DNA of 64,000 bases from Protoeuglena noctilucae. Lineage: Eukaryota. The stretch lies in contig OY253683.1 in NCBI GenBank assembly GCA_958009085.1, forward strand, positions 682,001 to 746,000, given 5' to 3'. Shown piece after piece: positions 63,388 through 64,000 of the stretch (positions are counted from its first letter, which is position 1; the number at the start of each line of letters is the position of its first letter). The notes under the pieces are model-generated. The model ran no database searches and was not told where the DNA came from. It saw only the letters and a list, made by a program, of their open reading frames with translations. The position numbers and the translations under genes are program-made.

Positions 63388-64000
63388 CTATCTCGCAAAC
63401 CCCCCCCCCACCGCCGCTGCCGCCGACGGTGACCAGAACTCGTCTTGATCGTTTTCGACTGCCCCGTTTTCGAATTCCTCATCATAGGGCAAGTCGACTT
63501 CGTCTGCACCCCTTTCGCCACCCCACCCCACCACCCCACGGTCGCCCCCACCCCACTCCCCGCCGCCCACACCACCGAACCGCAGCTGCCGCCGCGCGCT
63601 GTCCGGCCGCCCGCCATCGACGCTGTCACCCGCATCGACGCTTTGGTCCATTCTGGCACCCACTCTGGCATCGATTCTGGCGCCGCCCCCGCCGTCGGAA
63701 ACGGCGACGGGGGAGAGGGACCCGAATTCGCCAATGACAACCCTCGGCTCTGTTTCGAATCCAGTATTCCCCGTCTGGGTATCAACCCCACCCCCACCCC
63801 CACCCCCCGCCTGCCTCCTCATCAGCTCTTGCATCACAGCTCCCCGCATTTGCTGCCCCGCGCTCCGCACCGCCGCTGTCATAGCTGCCTGTTCCCGCCC
63901 CACCCTCGCCTTCCGCCATTCTGCAATGTCGTCCTCAGTCACACAAGACCAGCCGAGCACTGCCGGGGGCACTGGGGCAACTGAGGAGGTGGATGAGGCA
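63388..64000 (-). CDS. C-terminal exon of a hypothetical protein (gene continues beyond the window)
   Basis: Open frame of more than 190 codons with protein-like content (VTEDDIAEWRKAR...LPYDEEFENG); TGTAA on the minus strand at 63059-63063 lies downstream. Confidence 0.5.
   Translation of the reverse strand, partial: ASSTSSVAPVPPAVLGWSCVTEDDIAEWRKARVGREQAAMTAAVRSAGQQMRGAVMQELMRRQAGGGGGGGVDTQTGNTGFETEPRVVIGEFGSLSPVAVSDGGGGARIDARVGARMDQSVDAGDSVDGGRPDSARRQLRFGGVGGGEWGGGDRGVVGWGGERGADEVDLPYDEEFENGAVENDQDEFWSPSAAAAVGGGFAR

Overview
This is GC-rich, intron-dense eukaryotic DNA from a green alga (Chlorophyta), judged from a chlorophyte-type LPAAT2, a plastid FNR, a plant-type FAAH and TGTAA motifs downstream of several genes. 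About 19 spliced protein-coding genes can be reconstructed by hand. In order: the 3' end of a CysM-type cysteine synthase that appears spliced in frame to a TRP14/TXNDC17 thioredoxin domain, a long coiled-coil protein, a bacterial-like SAM methyltransferase, an FAAH-type amidase, an MBOAT, three hypothetical proteins, CCDC25, an SLC37/G3P MFS transporter, NDUFS5, an SMP-C2-PH protein, a secreted Thr-rich protein, FNR, UTP10/HEATR1, DUF1279, LPAAT2, PYROXD1 and a partial unknown gene. No rRNA, tRNA, CRISPR array or autonomous transposon was seen. The most notable signals are: (1) the putative CysM-TRP14 fusion; (2) recurrent 'echo' copies of exon ends plus splice sites inside introns; (3) many GC-AG introns; (4) introns with a G-rich head and C-rich tail; (5) a strand-specific G:U-rich hairpin in an FNR intron. 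All exon structures are manual inferences and all family calls come from remembered motifs, not database searches.
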